Shown piece after piece: positions 26,863 to 39,990 of a stretch of DNA of 64,000 bases. Where the stretch lies: NCBI RefSeq assembly GCF_963921235.1, contig NC_086097.1, positions 47,246,001 through 47,310,000 of the forward strand. Reading direction: 5' to 3'. Every line of letters starts with the position of its first letter. The first letter of the stretch is position 1. The translations under genes and the position numbers were made by a program. This DNA comes from Mobula hypostoma (lineage: Eukaryota). The notes under the pieces are model-generated. The model searched no databases. It saw only the letters and a list, made by a program, of their open reading frames with translations, and had not been told where the DNA came from.

Positions 26863-27635
26863 TTGTCATTCAACCAAATATGGTGATCCATGAATACAGC
26901 CAAATAAAACAGCATTCTTCCTGGGTCAAGGTGAAAAGCGCAGTACTAATAGTCATGCACAGCACAAGGCAGATATAGCACATATAAGGTAACAAGTAAA
27001 CGGACATTCACACAAAAATATATAGAGCCCAAGTCCCTGAGTGACATGTCCTGTAAATTGATGGTGCTTGGATGTTACCAGCAAGTACAAGCAATTCTCA
27101 GCAGTCTGCAGAAGAACGTATGCACACAATCCAGCTTGCCTTCTACCGAGCGAACACTGGAGGGGCCAGCTGTCGACCCAGGATGGACACTGTGCTACGC
27201 TGCTTTCAGTGTCTATTCTTCTGGACTGCTGCAACAGGTAAGCTGGTTAGAACTGAAATCATGCAGCCCTTACCCACTGTCTGTCTCACTAATATACAAG
27301 GGAAACAGACTTGAAGCATTTTATCTTACCAATGTCCAACAGGGTCTTGCTGTCGCAAGAGAGATGTCAGGACTATCACTTGCTGGACTGCACACCACTC
27401 ACCAACTCCGATGCCTTTCCGTGGCAGGCAGTAGTACGGTCCGCACCAAGTCCAGCTTCTTCGCCAACGAGCAGCTCACTGATAGGTAGACCTGCAGTTA
27501 CTTGGAAGTTCTTAATCTCCAGCACTGTCTTGCGATCCTAAAAAACGATGTTTAAAATAGACAAAAACACCTTTGGTTGGCCCTCGCAAGGCCGCTGCAT
27601 CTGAACGCGCCACCATCCTACTGGAAGGGAGCCGC
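26863..27635 (-). mobile_element. Non-autonomous LINE-derived element whose tail (25844-25859) was split off by the Chapaev insertion
   Basis: Minus-strand 5' end cttccagtaggatggtggcgcgttc. The tail aagttcaaatttaat|tgtcattcaacc rejoins across the transposon. Confidence 0.5.
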
Positions 27636-28542
27636 ACCTTTTATCTGATAGTCAGTTTCTTTTCTGCAATGCCATTTTCAGTTTCTCGTGAATGCCACGG
27701 AGTGTTTCTCAGCTCCATAAAGCATATTCCAAGCACTGTCTGGTAATCTGAACCTTCCTCATGGATTCTGTCAAACTCATTTTCCAACAGAACTAGCCTG
27801 ATCCAGCCCCAAAAAACTGAAAACAACTCAACCAGTAAGCCATTGCTCCAAGGAGCTCGACTTCTCTCAAGAGAATGCATAGACCAAGTCAACATCCAGA
27901 GTCAGCAGCTGGTCTGCTGTTGATGTAGAGGATATAGAGAACTTCTTTATAGAAGTTCCATGAAGCTTCTCTGAGAAGCACAGTCAGAGTCCTTAGGAAG
28001 AAGAAACATACAGAAGTTTTATCCTGCACCAAGGAGAAAACTCTGAATTAAAAGGCTTTGAGGTTTGCTGGCTCGTCGAGGTCCTCTTTGACCTCTATCC
28101 CTGATGCAGGAGCAGATTCTGCATAGTTTTAGGAGTTGACATATTTACTCTGACGTTCTGAACATTCTTGAGCATATAAAAAAAACCTACTGTTAAATTT
28201 GCTTCCCACCAGTGTGCTAGAGAATAAATAGAGGTTTCATAGTTCTACTATTTAATCCCTTTTCAGTGTTTTTGGGAGCTTCTATTTCTCCATATCAACC
28301 TTCTGATCTTTCTTTAGGAGGCATTGACCTCAGGCAAGTATGATATCTTGAAATCTTGATTAGTTTGGACACAAACAGGAAGCCATTTGGGACCAGATTG
28401 ATCTTGATCAATTATAATTACTCCATCTGCGGGGTTGCTGAAGGCACTGCACAGCTCAGTAGTGTTTACCACTTCAGTCAAAGGTGTGGCGGTGGCCTCC
28501 AGTTTACTGTCGACTCTGCTCAATCGAACAGTCTCATCACTG

Positions 28543-29132
28543 TTGAGGCCCTCCGTTGGTCGGGTTCGACCTTGGATATCGTGTCCTAACTGTACGTGAT
28601 ATGCAAGCATTGGCAGTACGATATGGAGAGCTGGCTGCTGCCCATGCAGCAGGCTCCCCTCTTCAAGAACTGATGAACACAAAGGAACGGCACAGACCGA
28701 TATAGTTTACCACCAGCCATGTTGCAGGATTTGCCAGTCAGTATTGAACTCAATGTAGGACTGCCTTAGGGACTCTAGTTCTGGATTCTTCCTCAGAGTT
28801 TACTCCCGAAGCCTTCCCCATGGGTGGGTATAGCCGCAAGGCAGCAGAAGTTTGAGATCAAAAGTTTTCCTTCTCCAAGGTGGGCTGCCAACCACGGCTG
28901 ATGATCCCCATCTGCCTGAAGCAACTGCTTTTTAGGCACCAGTAACCAGTCTTTGCCCCTTCTCTTTTCAGTAGAAATTGTTTCACCAGGCTTAGTAGCT
29001 AAGCTACACTTGTAAGCCAGGAGCTAGACTTGGTTGTCAGAGATTATTTTAGACCCATGTTATTATGAGCGTTTAATAGGTAATGGGGGCTTATCCACAC
29101 TACCTTCCCTGGCTATGACAACCTTAAGGAAC
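28543..29132 (-). mobile_element. Non-autonomous RTE-derived element (590 bp) with 14-bp TSD, inserted in an older RTE relic (about 27640-30640)
   Basis: cagtctcatcactg (28529-28542) and cagtttcatcactg (29133-29146). The minus strand has catcagccgtggttggcagccc..ggagaaggaaaac, which I recall as typical of RTE 5' UTRs. Confidence 0.6.
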
Positions 29133-32100
29133 CAGTTTCATCACTGAAGCACAGAAAATCCAGTCAGGAACTTGCAAGTGGCAGTTGGTCTACTGGAAGA
29201 CAGCCAGGCATTTGTCCTCCGGGTTGTAACTTGTGCATTGAACTGGACTGGATTGACTTTTGTATATCACATCTCCTACCAGCCATTTCTTTGACTTTTG
29301 TTGATGGTGAAGCTGTCTCTCTGCAGCCAAATACCCAAGCTACAGGACAGCAGTCACCATCTGACCACTAGGTTGCCTGTGGGACCATCATTGCAGTTGC
29401 TGCCAAAGGTTACTTAGTAGGGCAGTTCCTGTTCCTGACGAAACAGCAGGTTGGACTTTATGTTGGTGAGGTATTCCAAGGATGCTATATGTTGTATGAT
29501 GCTTTTCACATTGCGTATGTTAATTGATACAATTTTTTAAAAGCATTGTTTTATTTTAATTTAAAATTCAAATTGCATCACGGTAGTCAGCTATTCTGTC
29601 CCAGAATGTCTACTGTGTCTGTAAACATCAGGCTGAGGCATTGGTCTTGATCTCCCCCAAAAACTGAGTTCAGCTGCATTGAACCTGGTGGGGTGACTGA
29701 AGGAAGACCATTTTGTTTCTCCCTCACTGTGTCACCACTTCTGGTTCTGGGCTGCTGGATACGTATTTGCTCTTGAATTTCTGGAGCGGAGCTGTGTTGG
29801 GCAATGTGCTGTTTCTGGGTTCTAGAAGTTTGGGTTGGGTTGGCTGATGAACTGTTCCCAGCCTCCTATAGCTAAGGTGAAATGGACTCTGCTTCTCCCT
29901 CAGGTTCTTGACTGGGACTTCTTTTCTGTCTCCTCTTCATCCCTTTTATTTAGTGCTGCCTCATCATTCAAAGAGGAGCAGCTGCTGATGTCTGCCTGGG
30001 ACATTTGTTGCTTTTTTTTGCCACCGAACTCTCAAGGACCACTTGACAAATTGTTGAAGTGAAATGGGAAACAAAAGGTTGCTGGAAAAGCAGTCTCCTG
30101 CTTACCTTTGCCAGTCATCCATTGATGGTGGTGGGGTAAGGGTCTCACAACTGAGGTCTGGCAGCTTGCTTAGACTGCATTTTTTTCCTTTCAGTAGCCA
30201 TGCTGTCAGCTGGAGGAGGCAAGTTGTATTCTCTCGGGGAGAACTTGTTATGAGCTCTCCTCTCTGTGTATCTGAAGAAACATTTGAGACATCCCTGTGG
30301 GAGTGGCTTCCCTTTCCATGTTCATTGTTCCCCTTGCAGTCTTTTGCTTGATAGTTTCAAGCCTGCATTTACTGCAAAAGGTGTCATGAGTCCCGGTTTG
30401 ATGTAAATATGATGCATTCTGTGATGTCCTGCATAGACTGAGTAGATGAAGCTTCCCCCAATAGCAAAGCTGGAGAGTGGAAAAATAGTGGCTCCTTTTC
30501 CATCTACTCTAAATGTTATCTCAGCCTGACAATTGTTTTCTTGGTGTCTGAAAAGATGGTCAGTGTAGATGGTGTTTCTAACTCCCTCGATGTACCCAGA
30601 TAAGGGCATCCACAACTAGAATGTGAGCCTTGCACTGTGCACTATTGGGAGAATGTGCAGAAATGAACAGTGCTTCATTTTTTTCCCCTTTTTTCTCCTT
30701 TTTCTTAGAAGGCCCAGAGCAAATTTAAACAGGGTTACCAAAGGTAGCATTAAATTATTTAGAAATTCTGCAGATAGGAGGTTCCTGTTGCTTTGAATCC
30801 ACTGAATATTTTCCTGAGGGATGACATGGCCCTTCTTGATATCCCATCTGTCACAATGGTTTAACTTTCACGTTGATTTGCTGACATGACTGACAAAAGA
30901 GCAAGTACTATTGCTGGCTATGCTTTCAAATATTTTGAATGCTGGGGTTTTGGATTGCAATGTATACCTGACTTGCATGAAACAAAGTTGGGCTTTTTAT
31001 TTTGAGAATCTCATTTAAAGAAATTTTTTTTTTAAATTTGTGGAGAGTTTTGATTGTGGGCAGATAATCTCTGGTAGAGAATATTAACATTTCAAGTTGT
31101 TCTTCAGCATTTTATTAGAGTTGAAGATTTCCAGAGAAGAAATTTTGTCACACATATGGTCTTTTTAATAATCTGTGTCTCTTCTCCCTTTGTCACTCCC
31201 CATCACTATAAGATCTTCCCTCCATCTGTATATTGTTTTGGCAACTGTGTTCATTGAATTTATTCTAATTGACTCTTCCTTGTTAAGTTTTTTGGGGTAC
31301 AAGCATTGAAAAAGGCAGAAGGATAAATAATGTCTATATTATCAAAAATAAATACAAGAATATGCTCCATAAATATTTCTTGTTCCTCCAAAGTAATAAT
31401 TTTTTAAAAATCTGCTTTCATTGATATTGTTTAAATGTAATTCTTCAGTCAGAAGCAAAACCTAGTCATTATAAAGACGCGCTAGTATGAATTTTATAAT
31501 CTATTCACTTCATTTTTAAAAGTAATACAGTCCTGATGCATCTTTCCTGCAGTGTCCTGAATAGAATTCTGAGTTGAATTGGAAGCAAAGGATAAAAGAT
31601 ACAAAAAAAGTGAGTTGAAGAACACCTCGTGGAATTATATTGATCCTGATCCACAATGACATGAAGTTGATTAAATCACTAAAATCTTTGTGCCATCAGA
31701 TCACTACCTACTTCCTCAGAAGCTTTGAGCTTCACAGAGCCAATGCGCAAAAGTTAAAATTTTTCATAAGCAGGTTAGCCTTAAAAAAAAATTGATGCAG
31801 CATTTGTAGAGTCCTTGACTGCTGCGCAGTTACTGCAGGAGGGAAGTCATGTGACTCTGATCTGATGAGCAACGTGTAATGCAATGACTTTCCTAGAGCA
31901 ATTGTATTTGCTTTATTGAAAGCTGACAACCAGTCGAAATGAATATCCTTGTTAACTGTGTTTTATATCTACTACCAGCCCATTTCTGTATTCAGTTTTT
32001 TTTGTGATTTCTCAGGCCTATGAAAGATTAAGGCAGTTATTGTTCAATAATACATCAGGAAATGTATTCCTCTGGTTTAAAAGATCATTAGCCAACTCAT

Positions 32101-32544
32101 CTTTACGTTGATATTATATCGGCCACTGAAAATACTTGCCATTTAAAACGATTATTTGCAAAGTGGACCACATTAATATTCCTATTTAAAAGGTTGAGGT
32201 AAACATTACAGTAGAGATTTTGTGTTGCACTTTTGAAAGTAAATACAAAAACATGAGTGTGACTTTGTGAAAATGCTGAGGTAAAATATTGTTCTGTTCA
32301 GTGAGTGTGGAATGTTTTGGCCATTTGGTCATTTTTAACATCCTTTCAATGATACAGTGTAATTAGGCCTCTTTAGTTGCATGATCAATATTTCTGATAT
32401 GGTATAATCTATTTTGGTGTTAATGTGTATCTAATCTAGGACATAGTGAATTATAATGCTAAAAGTCTCTATCTTGATAAATGCTATTTAGTTTCATTAA
32501 ATAGTAACTTCAAAGGTGAAATTGTACCTTGCAGTCTTGAGATA

Positions 32545-33920
32545 TACTGCAACTTCTACCTGTTATCCAAAATCCCAAAATCTGAAAACCTCCAAAATCC
32601 GATTTTTTTTTTCCCTGACATGACATCGCAATTGGATAATTCTGCAAGGCACAGGGAAGGTCCCCAGGCGATGTGCAGGTTTCTGCACACCACAGACAGT
32701 TCTGAGAAGTGACCTCCACATATCTAATGAACAGGAGTTAATGAAACATAGAAAATCCCTAAATAAATAAGGCGGGAGGAGAAGATGGCAGCGCGCTGCG
32801 CTTGCGCAGCTCTCCGGTGAAAATGATATTGTATCCATTAAATAGAGGCCGTGGACAATTCTGATTTGATGGAGAATGGACGTGAAAGCACAGAGGAACA
32901 TCTGGAGAATTTTCTGAAACGCCCGTTCGCTGCTGTCGTTACTGTGTGGTCGTGAATCTTTCGGAGGGTAGGCCTCAAAATCCCTGGCCTTGCCTGCTTT
33001 TGGCGACCGAGAAGGAGGTTGAATCATTCAGACAGAGATGGTGCTCAGTATTCTGTGTCGGAAAGCTGATCAGAGCTCGAAGTTTTCGGATGACTCGGAG
33101 TTGGATGGTGGTCGGCATGGCAGGGAGAGTTTTTCTTCCTTCTCCCGTCTGCGTGAGATGTGGGACATTTGAGAAACTTTGAACTTTACTGTGCTCACGG
33201 ACTTCTTCATCAATTTATGATATTGTTACACTGTTGTAACTATATGTTATAATTATGTGGTTTTGTCAGCTTTTTCAGTCTTGGTTTGTCCTGTGTTTTG
33301 TGATATCACACTGCATTACTAAATGCTAATAAAAGAGGACTACGTATCTTCATAATCATATCATAAAGTGAAAAATGAAGATCTTGACCATGTATTGAAA
33401 GAGTGGATTCATCAGCATCAGAGTGAGCATATGCTGCTTAAAGTATGCTGATCATGAAACAAGCAAAGATCTATCTCAACAAATTGAAAATTGAAGGTAA
33501 TTGTGAATATGCACAGAAATTAAAGAAAAGGCATGGCATTAAAATTTTAAAGGTTTGTGGTGATAGAGTCTGCTGATCACGAAGTAGCAAAGAAATTCAT
33601 TGAGTTTGCCAGGGTCGTTTCTGATGAAAATTTAATATGCTGAATGGCTGCATCAGTACATGTGTGATGAACAAGTTTAAGACAAAGACTACTTAGCAGC
33701 AGCCAAGGCTGTGGTAGCTATTAAAAAATTATATAAAACTACTTTCAGGGTATAGATAGAAGCTGTATATGTAATGTAAATGGATTTCGTATTTAGACTT
33801 GGATCCCATCCCCAACTATCTTAATTATATAGCTGAAGATATTCCAAAATTGAAAAAAATACCTGAAATCTGAAACACTTTTGGCTGCAAGCATTTTGGA
33901 TAAGGGATGCTCAACATGTA
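32545..33920 (+). mobile_element. Tigger/pogo DNA transposon relic (Tigger4/Zombi-like), internally deleted
   Basis: Subterminal (aaaatcyg)-type repeats at both ends; right end ggataagggatgctcaacatgTA. CENP-B HTH remnant KNEDLDHVLKEWI..IMKQAKIY..KKRHGIKILKVCGD at about 33370-33570. Confidence 0.8.
32771..33365 (+). mobile_element. CpG-rich non-autonomous retroposon inserted in the Tigger relic
   Basis: Starts gggaggagaagatggcagcg and ends aataaaagaggac...cataatcatatcat. The Tigger coding sequence rejoins across it. Confidence 0.6.
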
Positions 33921-34239
33921 TTAATACAGTTGAACAAATTTCTAAGTACTTTTCTCACATAATATTGTTTGCAAGGTGGTGCATAATGGATCTCATTTGC
34001 TATCAAGCAGTTAGTGCCTCACAGTTCCAGAGTCCCATGTTCAGTCCTGTCATGGGTGCTGTCTTGTGTGAAGTTGGTGCATTCTTCCTGTGATCAAATA
34101 GTTTTCTGCCAGATGTTAGAAGTAATTTAGCCCTTCAGTATGTTAAGTTCCAAAATAATCAAAAAGGAACTGATAGGCAAGCCAGATAATTTGTAGGGAA
34201 GGAGGAAGGAAGCCAATGAGATTGTTCTGTTGGGAATCA

Positions 34240-34375
34240 TAAACACAAGAGATTCTGCTGATACTGGAAATCCAGAACAACACACACAAAATGCTGGAGG
34301 AACTCAGTAGGTCAGGCACCATCAGTGGAAATAAATAGTTAATGTTTTGGGTCTAGACCCTTCTTCAGACTGGGA
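34240..34375 (-). mobile_element. PLE terminal-repeat fragment with decayed hammerhead
   Basis: Same tail as the other copies; core degenerate (CTGAAGA...cAAAAcaTT). Confidence 0.65.
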
Positions 34376-35489
34376 AAGAAGGGGGATTCTGGTGACTTCC
34401 CCCTCGCACTGAATATTTTGGATGTTTAAGTTGCATTCCCAAGCAGGTGTCTCTTTCCAAGACACTCTGTATAGGGGGAAAAGCCACCTGCATGATGCTT
34501 TCTGCCTGGGGTATCCTGGAGATCCCCCCTCCCCCCCGCCCAGGTGCTCCTAGAATTGGGTTGTCGGCTAAAGTACATGAGTGCAGTCTATCAATGCAGG
34601 CACTTCGGGGAAGTTTGCAATGAAGCCAACTGCCCACTTCTGTTCTGCATTCTCCTGGGCTGAAGGAAAAACTGATGAGGTATCTCCTTCATTGTAGGTT
34701 TTGTGATGACTTGAGACTTTTAGTGACATACTGAATGCTCCTTCTCACAGGCCAGGAATTCCCAAGAATGAAAGGGAACATTGCCTTTTTGCTTGAAGGA
34801 GGCTTTGAGAACATCCTGAAATTGTTTCCTCTGTCATCTTGATTGAACTTGGAGTAAAATGTCTTGTTTCATAAGTCTGGATTTGTGCAATTTGGCCTTT
34901 GCTAACTGAGGCTAATTGGGAGAGGATTCATACCTGATTTCGTACCAGTGAATTTGGAGCATTTTTTTGGATGGTAACTTATTTCAAATGCCTTGATATA
35001 CCTGTGATTGTTGAAGACTCTGAGCCCTATAAAGGGGCAGGAATATCAGCTTTTTGCTCGATGGTTTGTGCCAAGTTTGAGTTCTTCATCTTCAGAGTTT
35101 TCTGCTCAGTAGAAGTTAGTACAATGGCAGTGTGCTCCTCCGCTTCTATTCTGGCCTCCTACCTTCAGCTATTGGCTGTCAACAACATGTCTGTGCATTG
35201 GGCAGGGTATATGTGGTAGGAATTTCACTGGGGACAGGGCAAGGTCTGCAGATGTGCAAGAGAATAGGAACTTGATCTTCCGAATAACAGTGAATACATG
35301 TTTGTGTTGTGCAGAAAATTACAGCATTGGTCTGAAATGATCCTGAGCAGAAAGTGTTAGTGACCCAAATTTCGTGGGCAAAGCAGTTAACATGATTGAA
35401 GTCACTGGATGTCACAGTTTTCCTGCAGAACAAAGAATGCAGCGTGAATACTGATCCTAAGTAGCACCAGTTAAAGGGAAATTCAGCAA

Positions 35490-37435
35490 TGTTCAAAGTA
35501 AAAACTTTCCTATCAGAATACATAGATGTCACCACATACAACCCTGAGATTCTTTTTCCTGCGGGCATACTTTATACTGTATACTTATACTTTATACTTA
35601 ATTGTCGCCAAACAATTGGTACTAGAACGTACAATCATCACAGCGATATTTGATTCTGTGCTTCACACTCCCTGGATTATAAATATTAAAGATATTAAAA
35701 ATCGTTAAAATCAGTAAATATTAAAAATTTAAATTATAAATCATAAATAGAAAAATGGGAAGTGAGGTAGTGTAAAAAAACCGAGAGGCAAGTCCGGATA
35801 TTTGGAAGGTACGGCCCAGATCTGGGTCAGGATCTATTCAGCAGTCTTATCACAGTTGGAAAGAAGCTGTTCCCAAATCTGGCTGTACGAGTCTTCAAGC
35901 TCCTGAACCTTCTCCTGGAGGGAAGAGGGACGAAAAGTCTGTTGGCTGGGTGGGTCCTGTCCTTGATTATCTTGGCAGCACTGCTCCGACAGCGTGCGGT
36001 GTGAAGTCAGTCCACGGACGGAAGATTGGTTTGTGTGATGTGCTGCGCCGTGTTCACGATCTTCTAAGTAAATACTCAGTAAATCTATAAAATAGTAACT
36101 GTAAACAGCATTAATGAAAGATCGGGAGCATAGAAGACAACAAACAGTGCAAATACAGTTATAAATAAATTGCAATAAATAACAAGAGCATGAAATAACA
36201 AGATAAAGAGTCCTTAAATTGAGATCGTTGGTTGTGGGAACATCTCAATAGATGAGTGTAGTTATTAACTTTTGTTCAAGAGCTTGATGGTTGAAGGGTA
36301 GTAACTGTTCTTGAACCTGGTGGTGGAAGTCCTGAGATACTTGTACTTTCAGTCTGAAGGCAGTACCAAGAAAGAGCATGGCCTGGGTGGATGCTGTTTT
36401 CCTACAACAGCATTTCACATACATGTACTGTGCAGAACATTCTGACAGGCTGCATCACTGTCTGGTATGGAGGGGCTACTACACAGGACTGAAAGAAGCT
36501 GCAGAAGGTTGTAAATCTAGTCAGCTCCATCTTGGGCACTAGCCTACAAAGTACCCAGGACATCTTTAGGGAGCAGAGTCTCAGAAAGGCAGCGTCCATT
36601 ATTAAGGACCTCCAGCACCCAGGGCATGCCCTTTTCTCACTGTTACCATCATGTAGGAGATACAGAAGCCTGAAGGCACACACTCAGCGATTCAGGAACA
36701 GCCTCTTCCGCTCTGCCATCCGATTCCTGAATGGACATTGAAGGTTTGGACACTACCTCACTTTTTTAATATACAGTATTTCTGTTTTTGCACATTTTTA
36801 ATAATCTCTTCAATCTGTGTAATTTACTTGTTTATTTATTATGTTGTATTTTATTTATTATTACTTTTTTTTCTGTCTGTTAGTTTATGTAATACATTGA
36901 ACTGCTGCTGCTAAGTTAACACATTTCACGTCACATGCCAGTGATAATAAACCCGATTCTAATTTTGAATAGTTGGGAGGGCTTTACCCATGATGTACTG
37001 GGCCAAATCCGCTAGCTTTTGTATGATTTCCTGCTCAAAGGCATTGTTGTTCCCATACCAGGCTGTAATGCAGCAAGTCAGCACGCCTTCCACTACATAT
37101 CTACAGAGGTTTGTCAAGGGTTTAATGACATGCCAAATCTCAGCAACCTTCTAAGGAAGTAGAGGCACTGTTGTGCTTTCTTTGCAATTACATTTATGTG
37201 ATGGGTGCAGGACATGTCCTCTGAGATAGTGATACCCAGAAGTTTAAAGTTACTGATCCTCTGGTGAGGACTGGCTCGTTGTCCTCTGGTTTCCCTCTCC
37301 TGAAGTCTACAGTCATTTCCTTGGTCTTGCTGACATTGAGTGAGTGGTTATTAATATTACGCCACTCAGCCAAATTTTCAACTTCCCTTTTGTATGCTGA
37401 TTCATCACCAGCTTTGATACGGCCCACAACAGTAG
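35490..37435. mobile_element. Nested cluster of L2/Rex-type LINE 3' fragments (minus host; inserts at about 35600-36065 minus and 36425-36970 plus)
   Basis: HSLNVSKTKEMTVDFRR (37194-37427 minus) and HPGHALFSLLPSCRRYRSL..RFRNS (36532-36741 plus). Several microsatellite tails. Confidence 0.7.
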
Positions 37436-39514
37436 CTGGTAGCTGGTTGGATGGTTGGTATATGAATTAATTAAAACGTTGTATAAGCTGGTTGGTAAAT
37501 GAATTATTAAGAAGTGTTGTTTTCCACAACAGGTTGCAGACAAATTTTGCAGTATTGTGATGTCATTAAAAGGTGCTTTTAGTCACATCAAAATATCTTA
37601 AAGAAAAACAAAACTCCTTCCAAAGATGTGTGTGAATTTCTAACAAGCAGAAAGTAACCAAGCAATGTGTGGATAGTTGTTCTGTTCTGAGTTAACTTCA
37701 TGTTTGAACCGCACATTTTGTTGAGCAAATGAATTTCTGCTCTTCACATCATGGGTTTAAAATCTAATGTCTTTGTGAACATGGATTTTTTTTTTTGCAA
37801 ACTGACCAACTTTGTGTAGCATGCTTCCTGTGCCAGGGATTAGAAATGGGCTTCACTTGGAATTTCAGGATATGGCTCTGATTCAGCTTTGTGTGTATAT
37901 TAAGACTTTATATAAATATGTACTTTATAAACTATGTGGAGTATTTAAATTAAATTCTATGTGCATAATATGAGTAATCCATCAACAAATAAGTTAGTGT
38001 AAAGGGGTTACTCTTTTCTCTCTTTAATGCCAATTGACATCCTGACACATTTTTCTTCCAGAAGAATTTGGAAGATTACAGGTGACCCCAATATTCCTTA
38101 CATTTTTATTTTGCTCTCAGTTTCTTCCATTTGGAATTTCCAAATGCAAATCATCAGAAATCAGTGATCTGTTTACCTCCAGTTTGGGTGTTGTCTTTTA
38201 TATTATTTCTCTTTTTATCAATCTTCAGTGATAAACATTTCTGGTGATTCTGTAATTGCAATATATGCTTAGTCTCTGAAAGTTCAGACAAACAAATGTA
38301 GTTCTGCTTGTTCTTTTATTTATTGTCTCGTATCCACTCTTATGTGAAGGAACAAAAGCAAGAAAACAAAGAACTTAATTTCCTTTACCCTTTAATCATT
38401 TATTTTACATTTCTTCAAATTTCTTTTAGCTTTCCTCAAATTTCTGCCTTTATTTTCCCAGATTAATCCCAGCCTTTGCACTTATTCTGCTGGCATATGC
38501 TAGAACTGAAACTTTTTATTTACTAATTCTATTGATACTCAGTGCTTCTGTCTGTTTTTCATTTTGTTAACTTTTCTATCTTCCTTTGCTCCTGACCTCA
38601 GTGTAACTTTATCTTCAATTTATCTCTTCCTCTTAGCATTCCACTACTGAAGTTAATAGTGTTATGGCCATTACTCAGGAATGGTGATGGAAATGTAATG
38701 ATGCCATTTCAGATCTAGCAAAATAAAGTGGTTTGTAATTGTATATATTTTTAAATTTGCTTTTTGTCCTCCTGTCATAGTTTAACTTCAGGTTTGCTTA
38801 CAAATGTATCTTGTTTTACTTTGGTGTGGACTGCTCATTTGCTAAAAATGGTGCTCAATAGCTGCTGTTCATCGTCCTGGTCCTGCGACAATGCTGTTCA
38901 TCACAGTACTATTGGGACAGTACTGACTGTTTCCCTGTAGGCAAAGTTCCACCATGTATTAATAAACAACTGCAGTTGCATAATCAGTTTATTAAAGATA
39001 AGCATCAGCTTATTGTCTGAATTCTTGTAGCTCCTGCAATTTGTTAGTGACACGGTAAATCAAGTCCTTGCCATCACCTGGTGAATGATGATCAAAGCCT
39101 GTTCTCTGAAGCCAATACTACATATTAAAAATTTTTGCAGTAATTGCATGGGAGGACAATGGTTACCTTTATAGATACAATTCAGCATTTAAGCACTCTA
39201 TTTTTCTGCATTTATGGGAGGTATTGTACCTTCATTTAATTCTCAGTCTTTAGATGGTGGTGATGGGTACCAGCTTAAAGCTCAGCTCCAGCAGCTTGTG
39301 CTTGAATTTTGATTTTCAGTGCAGGCTCTTCACAAATCCAACCTGATGCTGTAGGCAAGTGCCGTATGGTCATGCAACTGGCCAGAGGGAGTATGGGGTA
39401 TTAAGTGCTGAATCAAAACAGTTAATTAAAAGATCATATTTTTAGTCAGATCTAATTATTTGTTTCATACTTTTTTCAATATCCTTGAAGTTTGCATTAA
39501 AAATTGTGTTCGTA

Positions 39515-39990
39515 TTCAAAGTTTAAGATTGTTTAATATAATTTCCAGTACATAAGTGTAAAGCAAAATGAAATAATTGTTACTCCACATCTGATGCAAC
39601 ACCAGAATCACAATAAGGTAGAGAACACAGTAATAATAAAAACACAATAAATATAAATACGTAAGATAGCTTATATACATTGATTATATGTGCATAATGT
39701 AACGTGAGGTACAGGAGTGTCCTGTTGAGGTTATTTGCCTGCACCAGGCCCCGAGCTCTTCCACCTCCTCTCTGTAGGCAGTCTCATCTTTGCTGGTGAT
39801 GAGCCGCACCACTGTCATGACAGTGTGATTGCTCAGGTGCTTGGCCGTGAACTCGTGTGTGAGCAGAGTGTACAGCAGCGGGCTCAGCCCACAGCCCTGG
39901 GGGGCATGCGTGTTGAGGATGATGGGGAAGGAGGAGTATTTGTGCATCCTGACTATCTGATGGTTGGGAAGTCCAACACCCAGTTTATTT
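39515..39990 (-). mobile_element. Deleted L2/Rex-type LINE fragment
   Basis: APQGCGLSPLLYTLLTH..DETAYREEVEEL. Confidence 0.7.
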
